Part shown: positions 26,978 through 36,881 of the stretch, in pieces
Numbering within the stretch: position 1 is the stretch's first letter
How the letters are laid out: each line of letters opens with the position of its first letter
From: a bacterium
GTDB taxonomy: Bacteria; Patescibacteriota; Minisyncoccia; Minisyncoccales; PEYH01
Reading direction: 5' to 3'
NCBI GenBank assembly: GCA_021163545.1
Contig: JAGGTU010000045.1
Span: forward strand, 1 to 45,599
Length of the DNA stretch: 45,599 nt
The notes under the pieces: generated by a model
What the model was told of the DNA's origin: nothing
What the model saw: the letters and a program-made list of their open reading frames with translations, nothing else
Database searches by the model: none
Program-made: the position numbers and the translations under genes

Positions 26978-27928
26978 TTATTTCTCCTTTAAGCCATGAT
27001 ATTTCCGATGAATTTCTCGAAGACGAGGTTTTGTTATGTGAGTATATACTTGAGTAGTAACAATATTTTTGTGTCCCAAAAATTCCTGCACAGTACGTAA
27101 ATCTACACCCTTCATTAAAAGATCTGTTGCAAAACTGTGGCGAAGGGTGTGACAGGTAGTATTGGCGGGAAGACCAGCCAAAAGTGTATATTTTTTAACT
27201 ATTCTTTCAACGCTTCTGCGTGTCAACCTGCTTGAGGGATCTTTTCCTCGATAATTAATAAATAAAGCTTTATTCTTATCGCCTCTGGTGTTTAAATACT
27301 CTCTTAACCATTTGACAGCTCTTTCTGATAAGTAAACCGTTCTTGGGTATCCCCCTTTTCCAATTATTGAAATTTCTAAATCTTTTGTATCTGGTTTTAT
27401 TTTAATCTGGTCTCTATTTAAAGCCACCAATTCACTCACTCGGAGACCCGTGGAAAAAAGAACCTCTAAAATAGCTCTATCTCGTAAACCAATTACATCT
27501 CTTGTATCTGGAGTCTCCAGTAGCTTTTTTACTTGCTCTAATGTTAAAAAATGAATAGTTCTTTCATCTTTATCTTTTGGCAATTTTACCTTTTCAGGGG
27601 GTAGCGAAGGTATATCTTTTTCAGCAAAAAAGGTTAAAAACGACCTTAAAGCAATTAAATAATAGTTTTGAGTGGATCTTTTAATAGGTTTTTTAGTGTT
27701 TTTGGATATATAATGACGCGAGAGAAAAACCCTATATTTCCAGATATGCTCTTTTGTTAGTTCTGGCGGTGTAATTGTATCTAACTTGTTTGCTTTGAGC
27801 CATTTAAAAAAACATTTTAAAAATCTTTCATAATTTTCTTGCGTTTTATTAGAAACACCTTTTTCAATTTCAAGCCAGTCTAAAAAATCTGATAAATATT
27901 GGGGAAGTGGTTTAAAGTCTTGGGACAT
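26978..27928 (-). CDS. XerC/XerD-type tyrosine site-specific recombinase
   Basis: C-terminal catalytic region (R..., HTLRHSFATDLLMKGVDLRTVQEFLGHKNIVTTQVYTH) and an N-terminal SAM-like core-binding domain. Confidence 0.85.
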   Translation of the reverse strand: MSQDFKPLPQYLSDFLDWLEIEKGVSNKTQENYERFLKCFFKWLKANKLDTITPPELTKEHIWKYRVFLSRHYISKNTKKPIKRSTQNYYLIALRSFLTFFAEKDIPSLPPEKVKLPKDKDERTIHFLTLEQVKKLLETPDTRDVIGLRDRAILEVLFSTGLRVSELVALNRDQIKIKPDTKDLEISIIGKGGYPRTVYLSERAVKWLREYLNTRGDKNKALFINYRGKDPSSRLTRRSVERIVKKYTLLAGLPANTTCHTLRHSFATDLLMKGVDLRTVQEFLGHKNIVTTQVYTHITKPRLREIHRKYHGLKEK

Positions 27929-28046
27929 ATTGGTATATTAAGACAGAGTTCTCCAATTTCGATTAACCTACATTATGTGACATTATCTCTTTTTATTATA
28001 CTCCCTCCCTATTCAGGATTGTCAAGTTTATAATCGCAAAACAACT

Positions 28047-28355
28047 TTATTCAATTACAATTTCTTTATTCAAAAAGAAAACAATTTGTTTCCAAAAATT
28101 TATTAATTTAATTTTAGCTTTTTGATGCCACCAAAGTTTAATTTTTTCTCCTAAATTCAAGAAAAAAGGAAGGATTTTTTGGTGCCAAAAAGTACTAAAA
28201 GAGCCAAAATATGGTTTTGTTGAAGTGACAACTTTATGAACAAACTCTTCTGCCTCCTCTTGTCCCGGAGGACCTATTTGGGAAAAAGTAAATGAAGGCA
28301 GAAAGAAAACACCTATTAAAGCTAAAAACAGAGCAATAATTATTAAAACTCTCAT
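28047..28355 (-). CDS. small membrane/secreted hypothetical protein (102 aa)
   Basis: N-terminal hydrophobic helix. An ATGA start/stop overlap with gltX suggests translational coupling. Confidence 0.45.
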   Translation of the reverse strand: MRVLIIIALFLALIGVFFLPSFTFSQIGPPGQEEAEEFVHKVVTSTKPYFGSFSTFWHQKILPFFLNLGEKIKLWWHQKAKIKLINFWKQIVFFLNKEIVIE

Positions 28356-29935
28356 GATTGAAGCAAATTTTTTGCTTTTTTAATTCTTTCCAAAGTTTTT
28401 TCTTTTCCTAAAATTTCAGCTATTTCAAAAGGTGGGGCAGAAGCTTCTTTTCCAGTCAAAGCCACTCTTATTGGCCAAAGGAAGTATCCCCTATCCCCTA
28501 CTTTGCTGAACTTTTCTGCTTCTTTGACAAGCATGTTTTTAAGATTTTCTGCATTCCAATCTTTTTCTTCAATTTTTTGCAAAGTCTCCTCTGCTCTCTC
28601 AAGTGCCTCTAAAATATTTTTTTCTTCCGCATCCTTCCATTTAAGTAGCTCCTTTTTGTAATTTAAATCTTTTTTAAAGAAAAAATCTATCAGTTCAGGA
28701 ATTTCTGAAAGCACTCTTAATCTTTCTTGATAAATAGCAATCATCTTTTTTATTTTCTCAAATTCAACTATCTCCCCCGTCTCTTGAATTATAAAACTCT
28801 GCCTGATGATTTCTCCTCCAAATACTGGAGGGTATTTGTCACTTTCAATTTTTGGTTTTATTAGTTCAGCTTCAATAAGGTATGGAAGACACAAGTTGGT
28901 TAATTTATCTATATTTTTCTGACGAATATAAAAACCATTGAACCAAATTAGTTTTCTTTTATTAAAAACTGCAGGTGACTTTTGGCATCTTTCCAGAGAA
29001 AATTCTTTTATAAGCGAATTCAATGAGTAAATCTCTCTTTCTTTGTCTGGATTCCAACCTAAAAATGCCATAAAATTAATTAAGGCTTCGGGTAAAAACC
29101 CTTCTTTTCTATATTCTCTTAGAGCAACAGCACCATGCCGCTTACTTAATTTACTTCTATCTGGACCCAAAATTAATGGTAAATGGGCAAATTGAGGAGG
29201 TTTGAGTCCTAAGGCCTCATACAAAAGAATTTGTTTGGGAGTATTTGGAATGTGATCTTCTCCTCGAATAACATGTGTGATTTTCATTTCGAAATCATCT
29301 ATTACCGCTGCTAAATTATAAAGAGGAGTATTTTCGTCTTTAGCAATCACAATGTCTCCAAACTCTGAAGAATCACTTTCAATCTTTCCATGAATTAAAT
29401 CGTTAAAGACAACTTTTTTATTAGGGTTTTTAAACCTTATTACATATGGCTTTTTTGCCTCCAAATACTCTTTAACCTCTTTTTCACTGAGATTTCTACA
29501 TTTTCCGTTATATCTGGGAGGCTGGCCGATGCTCATAAAGTATTGTCTTTTTGCCTCTAGCTCTTCTTCAGAACAAAAACAATAATAAGCTTTGCCTTCA
29601 TCTAACAATTTTTGGATATATTTTTTATAGATTTCTTTTCGCTCACTTTGCCTATAAGGACCATAGTTACCAATATAACCTTCCCCCTCAGCTACAGGAC
29701 CCTCATCCCACATTAATCCCAACCATTTTAGCCCTTCTATGATATCTTTTTCCCATTCTTTTTTAGATCTTTCTAAATCTGTATCCTCAATTCTTAAAAT
29801 GAAAACACCGTTGTGTTTCTTGGCAAAGAGATAATTAAATAAAGCAGTACGCGCAGTACCTATATGAAGAGGCCCGGTTGGAGATGGAGCAATTCTTACC
29901 CGGGGTCTTGCGATTTTAAGTTCTAAGTCGGCCAT
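28352..29935 (-). CDS. gltX: glutamyl-tRNA synthetase
   Basis: RIAPSPTGPLHIGTARTALFNY (HIGH region), ILRIEDTD and KLSKRHG (KMSKS equivalent). Confidence 0.92.
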   Translation of the reverse strand: MADLELKIARPRVRIAPSPTGPLHIGTARTALFNYLFAKKHNGVFILRIEDTDLERSKKEWEKDIIEGLKWLGLMWDEGPVAEGEGYIGNYGPYRQSERKEIYKKYIQKLLDEGKAYYCFCSEEELEAKRQYFMSIGQPPRYNGKCRNLSEKEVKEYLEAKKPYVIRFKNPNKKVVFNDLIHGKIESDSSEFGDIVIAKDENTPLYNLAAVIDDFEMKITHVIRGEDHIPNTPKQILLYEALGLKPPQFAHLPLILGPDRSKLSKRHGAVALREYRKEGFLPEALINFMAFLGWNPDKEREIYSLNSLIKEFSLERCQKSPAVFNKRKLIWFNGFYIRQKNIDKLTNLCLPYLIEAELIKPKIESDKYPPVFGGEIIRQSFIIQETGEIVEFEKIKKMIAIYQERLRVLSEIPELIDFFFKKDLNYKKELLKWKDAEEKNILEALERAEETLQKIEEKDWNAENLKNMLVKEAEKFSKVGDRGYFLWPIRVALTGKEASAPPFEIAEILGKEKTLERIKKAKNLLQS

Positions 29936-29944
29936 ATTTTTATT

Positions 29945-31111
29945 TTAAGCCCTCCCTTCTTTAAAATCAACGAGATTTAACTCTTTCAGGATATATTGTG
30001 CGATGATTTTAGCCGAATTTGGGACAGCCAATTCCTTGGCTCTTTTTCTCATTTCTTTTAATATTTCAGGCTTCGAGAAGAACAAATGCAGTTTTTTAAC
30101 CAGAAAATGAGGTCTGAAATTGGGTTGCTCAATTACTAGAGCAGCTCCATATTTTTCAATGATATATGCATTTTCTTTTTGATGATTTTGCGCCGATTCA
30201 GGCAAAGGTACCAAAATTGAAGGAAGCCCATTTGCTAAAATTTCAAAAATCGAACCAGAACCTGCCCTTGAAATCACTAAATCCGCTACTTTAAAGGCAT
30301 GTTTTAGTTGTTCTTCATTCAAAAATCCATACAAATGATAATATTTTTGCAGGGATTTTTCTTTTTGAAGAATGACTTTCGTTTGAAGCTGCATCTCTTT
30401 AAGGTTGTTTTTTCCACACTGATGGATGACTTCGAATAACTTTAGAATGTCCAAGAGAGCTTGCAGAATGACATCATTTATTCTTTGGGCCCCTTGAGAC
30501 CCTCCTAATATTAAGAGAACTGGTTTTTCGTTGGTTAAATTAAAAATTTTCTCTCCGGTTCCTTTATTTCCTTTTGTAATTTCTTCTCTGATAGGATTCC
30601 CAACAAAAAGACATTTTTCTTTTGTTCCCGTTTGTGAGAAATATTTTGTATGTTTGAGTGGAAAAGCTAAGAATATTTTTTTAGCGAAACGAGCGCAAAA
30701 TTTGTTAGCCCATCCAGGTATTGAGTCAGATTCGTGTAAAAATATGGGAACATCTAAAAAGGATCCTGCTAAAACCACAGGCAAAGAGCCATATCCTCCC
30801 TTGCTAAAAATTAACCTTGGCTTTATTATTCGAAGAAATAAAAATGCTTGCCCAATTCCAGCCAACATTTTAAAAATATCAATAAAATTAGCAAAAATAG
30901 CGCTAGGGGTAATATATCTTCTAATTTTACCTGCTCTAATATACTTTACTTGCACCCCTTCTCTAATTAGATTTTCTACAAATTGGTCTTTTGGGCCAAG
31001 ATAAAAAAACTTTAAAGCTTTTGCTTTGGAATGTTTTTTTAATTCTCTTATAATTGCAATTATTGGAAAAGTATGCCCTCCTGTTCCTCCTCCGCAAAAT
31101 ACTAAGTTCAT
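29945..31111 (-). CDS. murG: UDP-GlcNAc:lipid I N-acetylglucosaminyltransferase MurG
   Basis: GGGTGGHTFP N-terminal motif and GT28 layout. It lies next to ftsW. Confidence 0.88.
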   Translation of the reverse strand: MNLVFCGGGTGGHTFPIIAIIRELKKHSKAKALKFFYLGPKDQFVENLIREGVQVKYIRAGKIRRYITPSAIFANFIDIFKMLAGIGQAFLFLRIIKPRLIFSKGGYGSLPVVLAGSFLDVPIFLHESDSIPGWANKFCARFAKKIFLAFPLKHTKYFSQTGTKEKCLFVGNPIREEITKGNKGTGEKIFNLTNEKPVLLILGGSQGAQRINDVILQALLDILKLFEVIHQCGKNNLKEMQLQTKVILQKEKSLQKYYHLYGFLNEEQLKHAFKVADLVISRAGSGSIFEILANGLPSILVPLPESAQNHQKENAYIIEKYGAALVIEQPNFRPHFLVKKLHLFFSKPEILKEMRKRAKELAVPNSAKIIAQYILKELNLVDFKEGRA

Positions 31112-31119
31112 AGTTTTAT

Positions 31120-32211
31120 TTATTTTTTGCTTATATTTAATAATATACCACAGCCAGCCAGTTCACAAATTAAGGCCGAGCCACCATAACTTAAAAAAGG
31201 CAAAGGCATTCCAGTTAGAGGTAAAACTCCAATCATTGTACCCATATTTATAAAAGCCTGGATAGTAATCCAAGAAGTTACCCCAACGGCCAAAAGTTTT
31301 CTAAACTCATCGTTTTGTTCTTTAGCGCATCTAATTCCCCTCCAGGCAAAGAGTAAAAATAAACAAACCACCACAAATGTGCCTAAAAATCCCACCTCCT
31401 CTCCAAAGACAGCAAAAATTGAGTCTGTCATAGGTTGAGGCAAAAACCCTAACTTCTGTTCTCCTAATCCCAATCCTTTTCCAAACAATCCACCTGAGCC
31501 TACCGCAATTAAAGCTTGTTTTATATGATACCCTTTTCCTAAAGGATCTGTTTCAGGATTTAAAAACACAAAGAGCCGGTTAAATCTATAGGGAGTAAGT
31601 AAAATTAAAAGACAGAGAGCGACTCCTCCAATACAGGCTAAGATAACGATGTGTGAAAAAGGAGTCTTGGCAGAAAAATACAATATCCCACCCAGCAAAC
31701 CGAACATCGCCAATGTACTAACATCAGGTTGAAGAATAAAAATTATGCTTAAAATCGCCAAAATTGTCAAGAATGGTAGCAGCATATTCTTGAACATAGG
31801 TCTTTCTCTTTCCTGCTTTGCCAACCAAGAGGAAAGATAAATTAAAAAGGCCAATTTTAATAATTCAGAGGGTTGAAAAGAAAATCCAAAAATATTGATC
31901 CATCTTCTTCCGCCAAAAATTGTGACTCCTAACTTTGGTACAAAAACCAAAGAGGTCAAAAAAACCGCAAAAATAAAAATCCAAAAAGAATTTTTTCTTA
32001 AAAAATCAAGATCAAGTCTATATAAGACAAAAGCCAGAATAACACCGGGAACAAGACCGTATAATATTTGATGAAATAAAAAATAAGTAGATTTTCCCGT
32101 TAACTGTAAAGATTTAGCGCTTGAGGCTCCAGCGATTGCTATGAGACCAATCAAATTCAAAAGAATTACTACAGATAAGAGAATATAGTCTAGCTTTTTG
32201 TGTTTTTTCAT
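31120..32211 (-). CDS. ftsW: SEDS-family peptidoglycan polymerase FtsW/RodA
   Basis: 10-TM SEDS layout with QPSELLK, PDVST and TDSIFAVFGEE motifs. Position is between murD and murG. Confidence 0.88.
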   Translation of the reverse strand: MKKHKKLDYILLSVVILLNLIGLIAIAGASSAKSLQLTGKSTYFLFHQILYGLVPGVILAFVLYRLDLDFLRKNSFWIFIFAVFLTSLVFVPKLGVTIFGGRRWINIFGFSFQPSELLKLAFLIYLSSWLAKQERERPMFKNMLLPFLTILAILSIIFILQPDVSTLAMFGLLGGILYFSAKTPFSHIVILACIGGVALCLLILLTPYRFNRLFVFLNPETDPLGKGYHIKQALIAVGSGGLFGKGLGLGEQKLGFLPQPMTDSIFAVFGEEVGFLGTFVVVCLFLLFAWRGIRCAKEQNDEFRKLLAVGVTSWITIQAFINMGTMIGVLPLTGMPLPFLSYGGSALICELAGCGILLNISKK

Positions 32212-33572
32212 TTTTTTGCTAATTTTTGAAGATATTTTTTAAATTGGTCTCCCCTATCCTTATAATCTTTAAATAACCCAAAACTGGCCGACGCTGGAGA
32301 CAATAAACAGGTACCTTTTTTTGTAACTTTCAAAGCTGTTTTTACAGCTTCTTCCATATTGTTTACAAGAAAACATTTTGGTTTGTATTTCTTTGTGGCT
32401 ATTTTTTGAATCTCTTTATAAATTCTTTTACCCGTCTCTGGAAACAAAATAAGATTTGGAATTTTCTTTTTTATTATCATTTTAATCAACTCTGTGAAGT
32501 CTTGCTTTCTTTCATATCCTCCCAACATTAAGGTTTCTATGTTTTGGAGGGCTTCTAAGGCCTCCATCGTTGCCTCTGGTACGGTAGCCAAAGAATCATT
32601 ATAATAAGAAACACCTTTAAACCTACCCACAAATTCTAACCTATGTTCTAAGGATTTAAACTTGCAAACCACCTTTCTTATTATGTTGGGAGAAATGTCA
32701 AATACTGAAGATACTGTCACGGCAGCCATGACATTTAAAAGATTATGTCTGCCTTTTAGAGGAATTTCTTTAATTGGAAGAATTTTTGTATCTTCAAAAA
32801 CAATCCAGCCATTTTTCAGATAACACCCTTTTTTATTATGAAAACCAAAAGGAATAGTCTTAGCTTTTGTCTGGGAGGCTAATTTTCTAAGGGCTGATAT
32901 TTCATAGTTAAATATAAAAATGTCTTTTTCTGTTTGCCAGCGGGTAATATTCCTTTTAGTAGAAAAATATTCTTGAAAGTTCTTATAATAATCAAGGTGC
33001 TCTTTATAGATATTTAAAAAGACAGCAATTTTAGGGCTTATTTTTAAACCTTGCAATTGATGGGAAGAGAGTTCAAAAACAAAAAGACACTTTCTTTTTC
33101 CTTTTTTGAAAAAATCCAAGGGCGGTTTTCCGATATTTCCAATTAATTCAACCCTCTTTCCCCCTTTCTTTAAAATTTCATAAATTAAAGTTGAGGTTGT
33201 ACTTTTTCCTTTTGTGCCGGTAATACCTATCACTTGGTTTCCGTAATTTTCCAAGAAAATATCTGTCTGACTAGTTAAAATATGATTTTCTGATAAATAT
33301 GGCTTTATCTTTTCTGTCGGAATTCCGGGAGTTTTTATTATTACCTCATATTTTTTGATGGCCTCAAGGTATCCTGGTCCCAAAAAAGCCTTAATATTTC
33401 TCAGTTTTATCAACTTTTTTAAATTTTTATTAAGTTTTTTAAATTCTACCTGATCTGCTAGACCAATTTTTTTATTGGGAAACAATCTTCTTAAAAATCT
33501 CAAACTTGATTTGCCTTCTCTACCAAGGCCTAAAATTAATATAGTTTTTTGTTTTAGCAAATCTAACTTCAT
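32208..33572 (-). CDS. murD: UDP-MurNAc-L-alanine--glutamate ligase (MurD-type)
   Basis: Mur ligase P-loop GITGTKGKSTTSTL. The N-terminal Rossmann motif ILGLGREGKS is typical of MurD. Confidence 0.88.
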   Translation of the reverse strand: MKLDLLKQKTILILGLGREGKSSLRFLRRLFPNKKIGLADQVEFKKLNKNLKKLIKLRNIKAFLGPGYLEAIKKYEVIIKTPGIPTEKIKPYLSENHILTSQTDIFLENYGNQVIGITGTKGKSTTSTLIYEILKKGGKRVELIGNIGKPPLDFFKKGKRKCLFVFELSSHQLQGLKISPKIAVFLNIYKEHLDYYKNFQEYFSTKRNITRWQTEKDIFIFNYEISALRKLASQTKAKTIPFGFHNKKGCYLKNGWIVFEDTKILPIKEIPLKGRHNLLNVMAAVTVSSVFDISPNIIRKVVCKFKSLEHRLEFVGRFKGVSYYNDSLATVPEATMEALEALQNIETLMLGGYERKQDFTELIKMIIKKKIPNLILFPETGKRIYKEIQKIATKKYKPKCFLVNNMEEAVKTALKVTKKGTCLLSPASASFGLFKDYKDRGDQFKKYLQKLAKK

Positions 33573-33604
33573 TTATTTTAGAATATCACAGAATTTCTTA
33601 TTTA

Positions 33605-33637
33605 TAAAGATAAAAGCGCCCCTCGAAGCGGGGCGCC
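33605..33637 (-). terminator. intrinsic terminator after the 151 aa gene
   Basis: On the minus strand, a GCGCCCC-GCTTCGA-GGGGCGC hairpin followed by TTTTATCTTT. It lies between the cassette and the murD start. Confidence 0.7.
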
Positions 33638-33644
33638 TGTCATT

Positions 33645-34100
33645 TTATTCTACATACTGCATAAGGTTGGCTGTTTTTTGCTTTAAAGTTTGCCATTCAA
33701 AAAGAATATCTGTCACCTCTTTAATCAATCTCCACAGTTTCCGGGTACTTTTACCAGTTAGAGGTTCAATCATCACCGAATTTCTATAGATGCTAAAGCC
33801 CAGAAATTTAAGCTTCCTAAGATCTCCCGTCTTCGGATTGATCTTTTTTATTTCTCGGGATAAAGGATGTTGAGAACGCTCGTTTATTTCTTCTTCAGTA
33901 ATTCGCCAATTTGCTTTCATGACTACAGTTTTTGGGCTTATTATTAAGGCCAACCAAGGATTCGGAAGAGGTCTTGGTATCAGCCTAACAGCAATTTCTA
34001 ACTCGTCCCTTCTGAAGACTCGATCAGGTTCCCAATAGTAATGCTTCTTTTTGGATTTTCTATCCCACCAAAACCAACACCTTTTTAGAAACCCAACCAT
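33645..34100 (-). CDS. hypothetical basic, Trp-rich protein (151 aa), partner of the nuclease gene
   Basis: The ORF has a strong SD AAGGAGGTGA (34104-34113) that overlaps the nuclease stop codon. I recognise no motif. Confidence 0.6.
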   Translation of the reverse strand: MVGFLKRCWFWWDRKSKKKHYYWEPDRVFRRDELEIAVRLIPRPLPNPWLALIISPKTVVMKANWRITEEEINERSQHPLSREIKKINPKTGDLRKLKFLGFSIYRNSVMIEPLTGKSTRKLWRLIKEVTDILFEWQTLKQKTANLMQYVE

Positions 34101-34111
34101 TGGTCACCTCC

Positions 34112-35125
34112 TTAAAGCAACTTAGGTTGAGAAAATTTCTTCAAAGGAGCAACTTCCTCAAGTTGCTCTCTGATGATTTCAATATCTACTTTACCCCAAT
34201 CAAATTGACTGACTGGGATAGGTTGTGAGGTAATAAGTTCTGGATGCGAGCAAATTTCAAGATAGTCACAGTACCAGCAATGATTGCCTGTTATTTTTGG
34301 AAAGAGCTGTTTATTTTGAGAGAGCAAAAAGGATTTGATTAATACCGCAAGGTCGGCATAGTGATGTTCGTTTCTTGGGGTTACAAGAACTCTTTTGTCT
34401 ATTTTTTCTTCTGTGATTGGGTTTTTGCCTTTCCATCCAAGAGGATAGCGAATAATACCAGCCTCCTTTTTGCCAAAGATTCTTCTAAATGCCCAGCTGT
34501 ATATCGTAAACTGGTAATCATGATGAACAGGGAACTGAAGACGCGGATCCTCTTCTCCATAATCTTGCCATCCTGTCTTAAGATCTACAATATACCACTT
34601 GCCACTTCCATAAGGAATCTCTCTTATTTGGTCTATAGCTCCGACAAGGAGAACGTCGTATCTGCCAGGAGCACAAACAGTAAATCTCCGCTCAACCGGT
34701 GCAACGGGCGGAGGAGCATTACGGTTATCTTCCCAATACTTTGCAATCATTGAAGCACCAAGTTCTTTATATTTTTCTTTCTCTTTCTCTATTTCAGTCT
34801 TTGTTTTACCTCGAAATCTAATCTTGCAAGGATTATGGAAACGCTTAGCATTCTTTTCTTTTAAAACATCCTCCCAGAGACTAATCCATAATTTCACAGC
34901 CGATTGCTTGCTTGTAGGAAAAAGAATCGTCAATCCCCTCTTCAACCTTTTTGCTTGTTGCTCTGGAGTAAGTCGATAAAAACTTGCAATAAGTTGATGT
35001 ATTGCCTGCCCAAAAACAAGATAAATTGCTTGAGGAACCTCTATTTTCGCCTCATATCTTAAAAAATAACAATAAGGACAACGGCCGTAATTCAAAAGCT
35101 TCGTTGCCGAAATTCTAATTGCCAT
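34112..35125 (-). CDS. Cas4/AddB-like PD-(D/E)XK nuclease with a 4-Cys iron-sulfur cluster signature
   Basis: N-terminal cysteines GRCPYCY and a C-terminal CWYCDYLEIC (CxxCx5C). Motif II is GAIDQI, motif III is IVDLKTG, and a QxxxY motif (YQFTIYSW) is present. The SD AAGGAGGTGA lies at 35130-35139. Confidence 0.8.
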   Translation of the reverse strand: MAIRISATKLLNYGRCPYCYFLRYEAKIEVPQAIYLVFGQAIHQLIASFYRLTPEQQAKRLKRGLTILFPTSKQSAVKLWISLWEDVLKEKNAKRFHNPCKIRFRGKTKTEIEKEKEKYKELGASMIAKYWEDNRNAPPPVAPVERRFTVCAPGRYDVLLVGAIDQIREIPYGSGKWYIVDLKTGWQDYGEEDPRLQFPVHHDYQFTIYSWAFRRIFGKKEAGIIRYPLGWKGKNPITEEKIDKRVLVTPRNEHHYADLAVLIKSFLLSQNKQLFPKITGNHCWYCDYLEICSHPELITSQPIPVSQFDWGKVDIEIIREQLEEVAPLKKFSQPKLL

Positions 35126-35162
35126 CTTTTCACCTCCTTTGGTAAAGTTCTTGAAATGCTTT

Positions 35163-35191
35163 ATTTAACAAAAAAATTGTTTTAATGTCAA
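35163..35191 (-). promoter_or_regulatory. candidate promoter of the nuclease cassette
   Basis: On the minus strand: TTGACA (35191-35186), a 17 nt spacer, TTAAAT (35168-35163). The -35 box overlaps the stop codon of the upstream membrane protein gene. Confidence 0.5.
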
Positions 35192-35874
35192 GCTAGTTTT
35201 TCTTTAGGAGGATGGGTGTCTTTATAACCGAGATAAACAAGATAAGCGACAAGAAGATAAAAAATATGAAAAAGTCTTCCTGCAGGAATATAAAGAACTC
35301 CTATAAGAGCTATTCCTAAATAAATCACAAAAGCATACAAAGAATAGAAATTGGCAAGATTTTTTGAAGTGAACCCTTCTTTTTTTAAATTTCGAAAGAT
35401 AAAGAAAAGTAATCCCAAGATAGAGATAAAAATCATTCCTCCCGAAAAATAACCATGGGGAGGCGCTTTTGAAATATTATAATAAACCTCTCCCCTTGTT
35501 GAAATTTCCTGGGCTCTCATTAAAAATCCAAAATAATATAAAAAGAAGAGTATTGTTCCCAGCAAAGAAGAGATAAAAAGAGTTATTCTTTTGGGATATA
35601 TTTTCCGGGCAATATAAACTAAACCTAAAATGCCATGGATTCCAAACCACACTCCTCCAAAAAAGATGATTGTACGAGCAAACGAAGGAAAAACTTTCCA
35701 ACAACTTAAGGCAAATCCGTTAAAAATCCACCATAAAGCCCCACTGAACCAGAAACTTGCATAAAGAGAATCTGTCAATGATAGTTTTTTATTTCTTCCA
35801 ATCCAATAAGAAGAGAAAGCACAGATGAGACCTATGTAGAATGAAGTTAAACCATCTAAAATAGAAGTGTCCAT
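35188..35874 (-). CDS. polytopic membrane protein, function unknown (228 aa)
   Basis: About 7 hydrophobic helices. There is a 1 nt gap to the upstream gene, so translation is probably coupled. Confidence 0.6.
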   Translation of the reverse strand: MDTSILDGLTSFYIGLICAFSSYWIGRNKKLSLTDSLYASFWFSGALWWIFNGFALSCWKVFPSFARTIIFFGGVWFGIHGILGLVYIARKIYPKRITLFISSLLGTILFFLYYFGFLMRAQEISTRGEVYYNISKAPPHGYFSGGMIFISILGLLFFIFRNLKKEGFTSKNLANFYSLYAFVIYLGIALIGVLYIPAGRLFHIFYLLVAYLVYLGYKDTHPPKEKLA

Positions 35875-35875
35875 A

Positions 35876-36865
35876 TTAATAAATTTTTTTAATTTGGTTT
35901 ATTTTTCTTCCATCGCTCCAAAATCCAATTTCTAAAGCCTCCTTATTTTCTCCCTTGACAACCTCACAATTTTTATTAAAAAGAGCACAATCTATTGTAG
36001 CGTCAATAATCTTTCTATATCCATAATAACTCAAATTATTTGGGGGATAAAAAGCCGAGACATGATTACTCCATAGAGGAGGATTTCCATAAGCGTCAGA
36101 AGGAATTAAAAACATATGTCTGTTTAAACCTTCTGTTTTTTGAAGGAGTTTTTTCTTTACCTTTTCTCTTAAGACCAATCTGTCGCTTTGAGAAAAAAGG
36201 GCAACAAACCAAGTCTCGGGATTAAGATTTCTTAAATCTCCAAAAGGGAGTCCATAAATACTTGCTGGAAGATAAGGAAAGGTTTCTCCTGGAGTGATCA
36301 AAATTATTGCTTTGGGCAAAGGGATTTCTTCCGATAAAATATTTGTTGCTACCGCTCCACCCATTGAGGAACCAATTACAATAAATTGAGAGAGGTCATT
36401 TTTTGGAGCGATTTTTTTAATTTCTAAAATTGCTTCTTTTAGAACTTGTCTAGCAGTAAGAGGGAATACTTTTGGCCGGAATAGACTAAAAGTACCCTTT
36501 TGATAAGAAAGAAAAATAACAATATTTCCTCTCTTTGCCTCGTGGAAAATTAAAGGAGAATACATTTTGTAGTCTACAGGAGAAGACGGAGCCAACCCGT
36601 GCAAAAATAAAATTACCGGAGAAGAATTTAGATCTACCCCTTTGGGAATAAAGAGATAAAAATTGTTATCTTGGTGGGTGAATTTTTTAACTAAAACCTC
36701 CTTTGTTTTGTAATCGCAAGGGTTGTTTAGAAGATTGGGCCACACACTCTGATTCTGTCCTTTTGGATGATAGAATAAGGAGTACCAAACAAAATAAAAG
36801 TAATAAAAAACCCCAAGAAAGATAAGAAAGATGATTATTGATATTATTAGACTTCTCTTTCCCAT
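35876..36865 (-). CDS. membrane-anchored alpha/beta hydrolase
   Basis: N-terminal TM helix, FLHGLAPSS, and a GSSMGG nucleophile elbow. ATG at 36865 is preferred over the TTG at 36904, which would overlap the upstream gene. Confidence 0.65.
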   Translation of the reverse strand: MGKRSLIISIIIFLIFLGVFYYFYFVWYSLFYHPKGQNQSVWPNLLNNPCDYKTKEVLVKKFTHQDNNFYLFIPKGVDLNSSPVILFLHGLAPSSPVDYKMYSPLIFHEAKRGNIVIFLSYQKGTFSLFRPKVFPLTARQVLKEAILEIKKIAPKNDLSQFIVIGSSMGGAVATNILSEEIPLPKAIILITPGETFPYLPASIYGLPFGDLRNLNPETWFVALFSQSDRLVLREKVKKKLLQKTEGLNRHMFLIPSDAYGNPPLWSNHVSAFYPPNNLSYYGYRKIIDATIDCALFNKNCEVVKGENKEALEIGFWSDGRKINQIKKIY

Positions 36866-36881
36866 TTTAGCGGAGCGAGAA

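Noticed and set aside
26978-27928. The tyrosine recombinase as a prophage or integrative-element integrase
   Set aside because: Its flanks are housekeeping genes (idi, gltX). There is no adjacent tRNA, phage genes or direct repeats. Its size and motifs fit chromosomal XerC/XerD.
30531-31004. Antisense or overlapping ORFs inside annotated genes (also 457..675, 791..1096, 5702..6028, 9250..9561, 16633..17028, 20137..20544, 34361..34753, 36889..37191, 38732..39346, 43531..43902 and others)
   Set aside because: They lie opposite or out of frame to genes with clear family signatures. Their composition is low-complexity, typical of AT-rich shadow ORFs, and they lack start-site signals.
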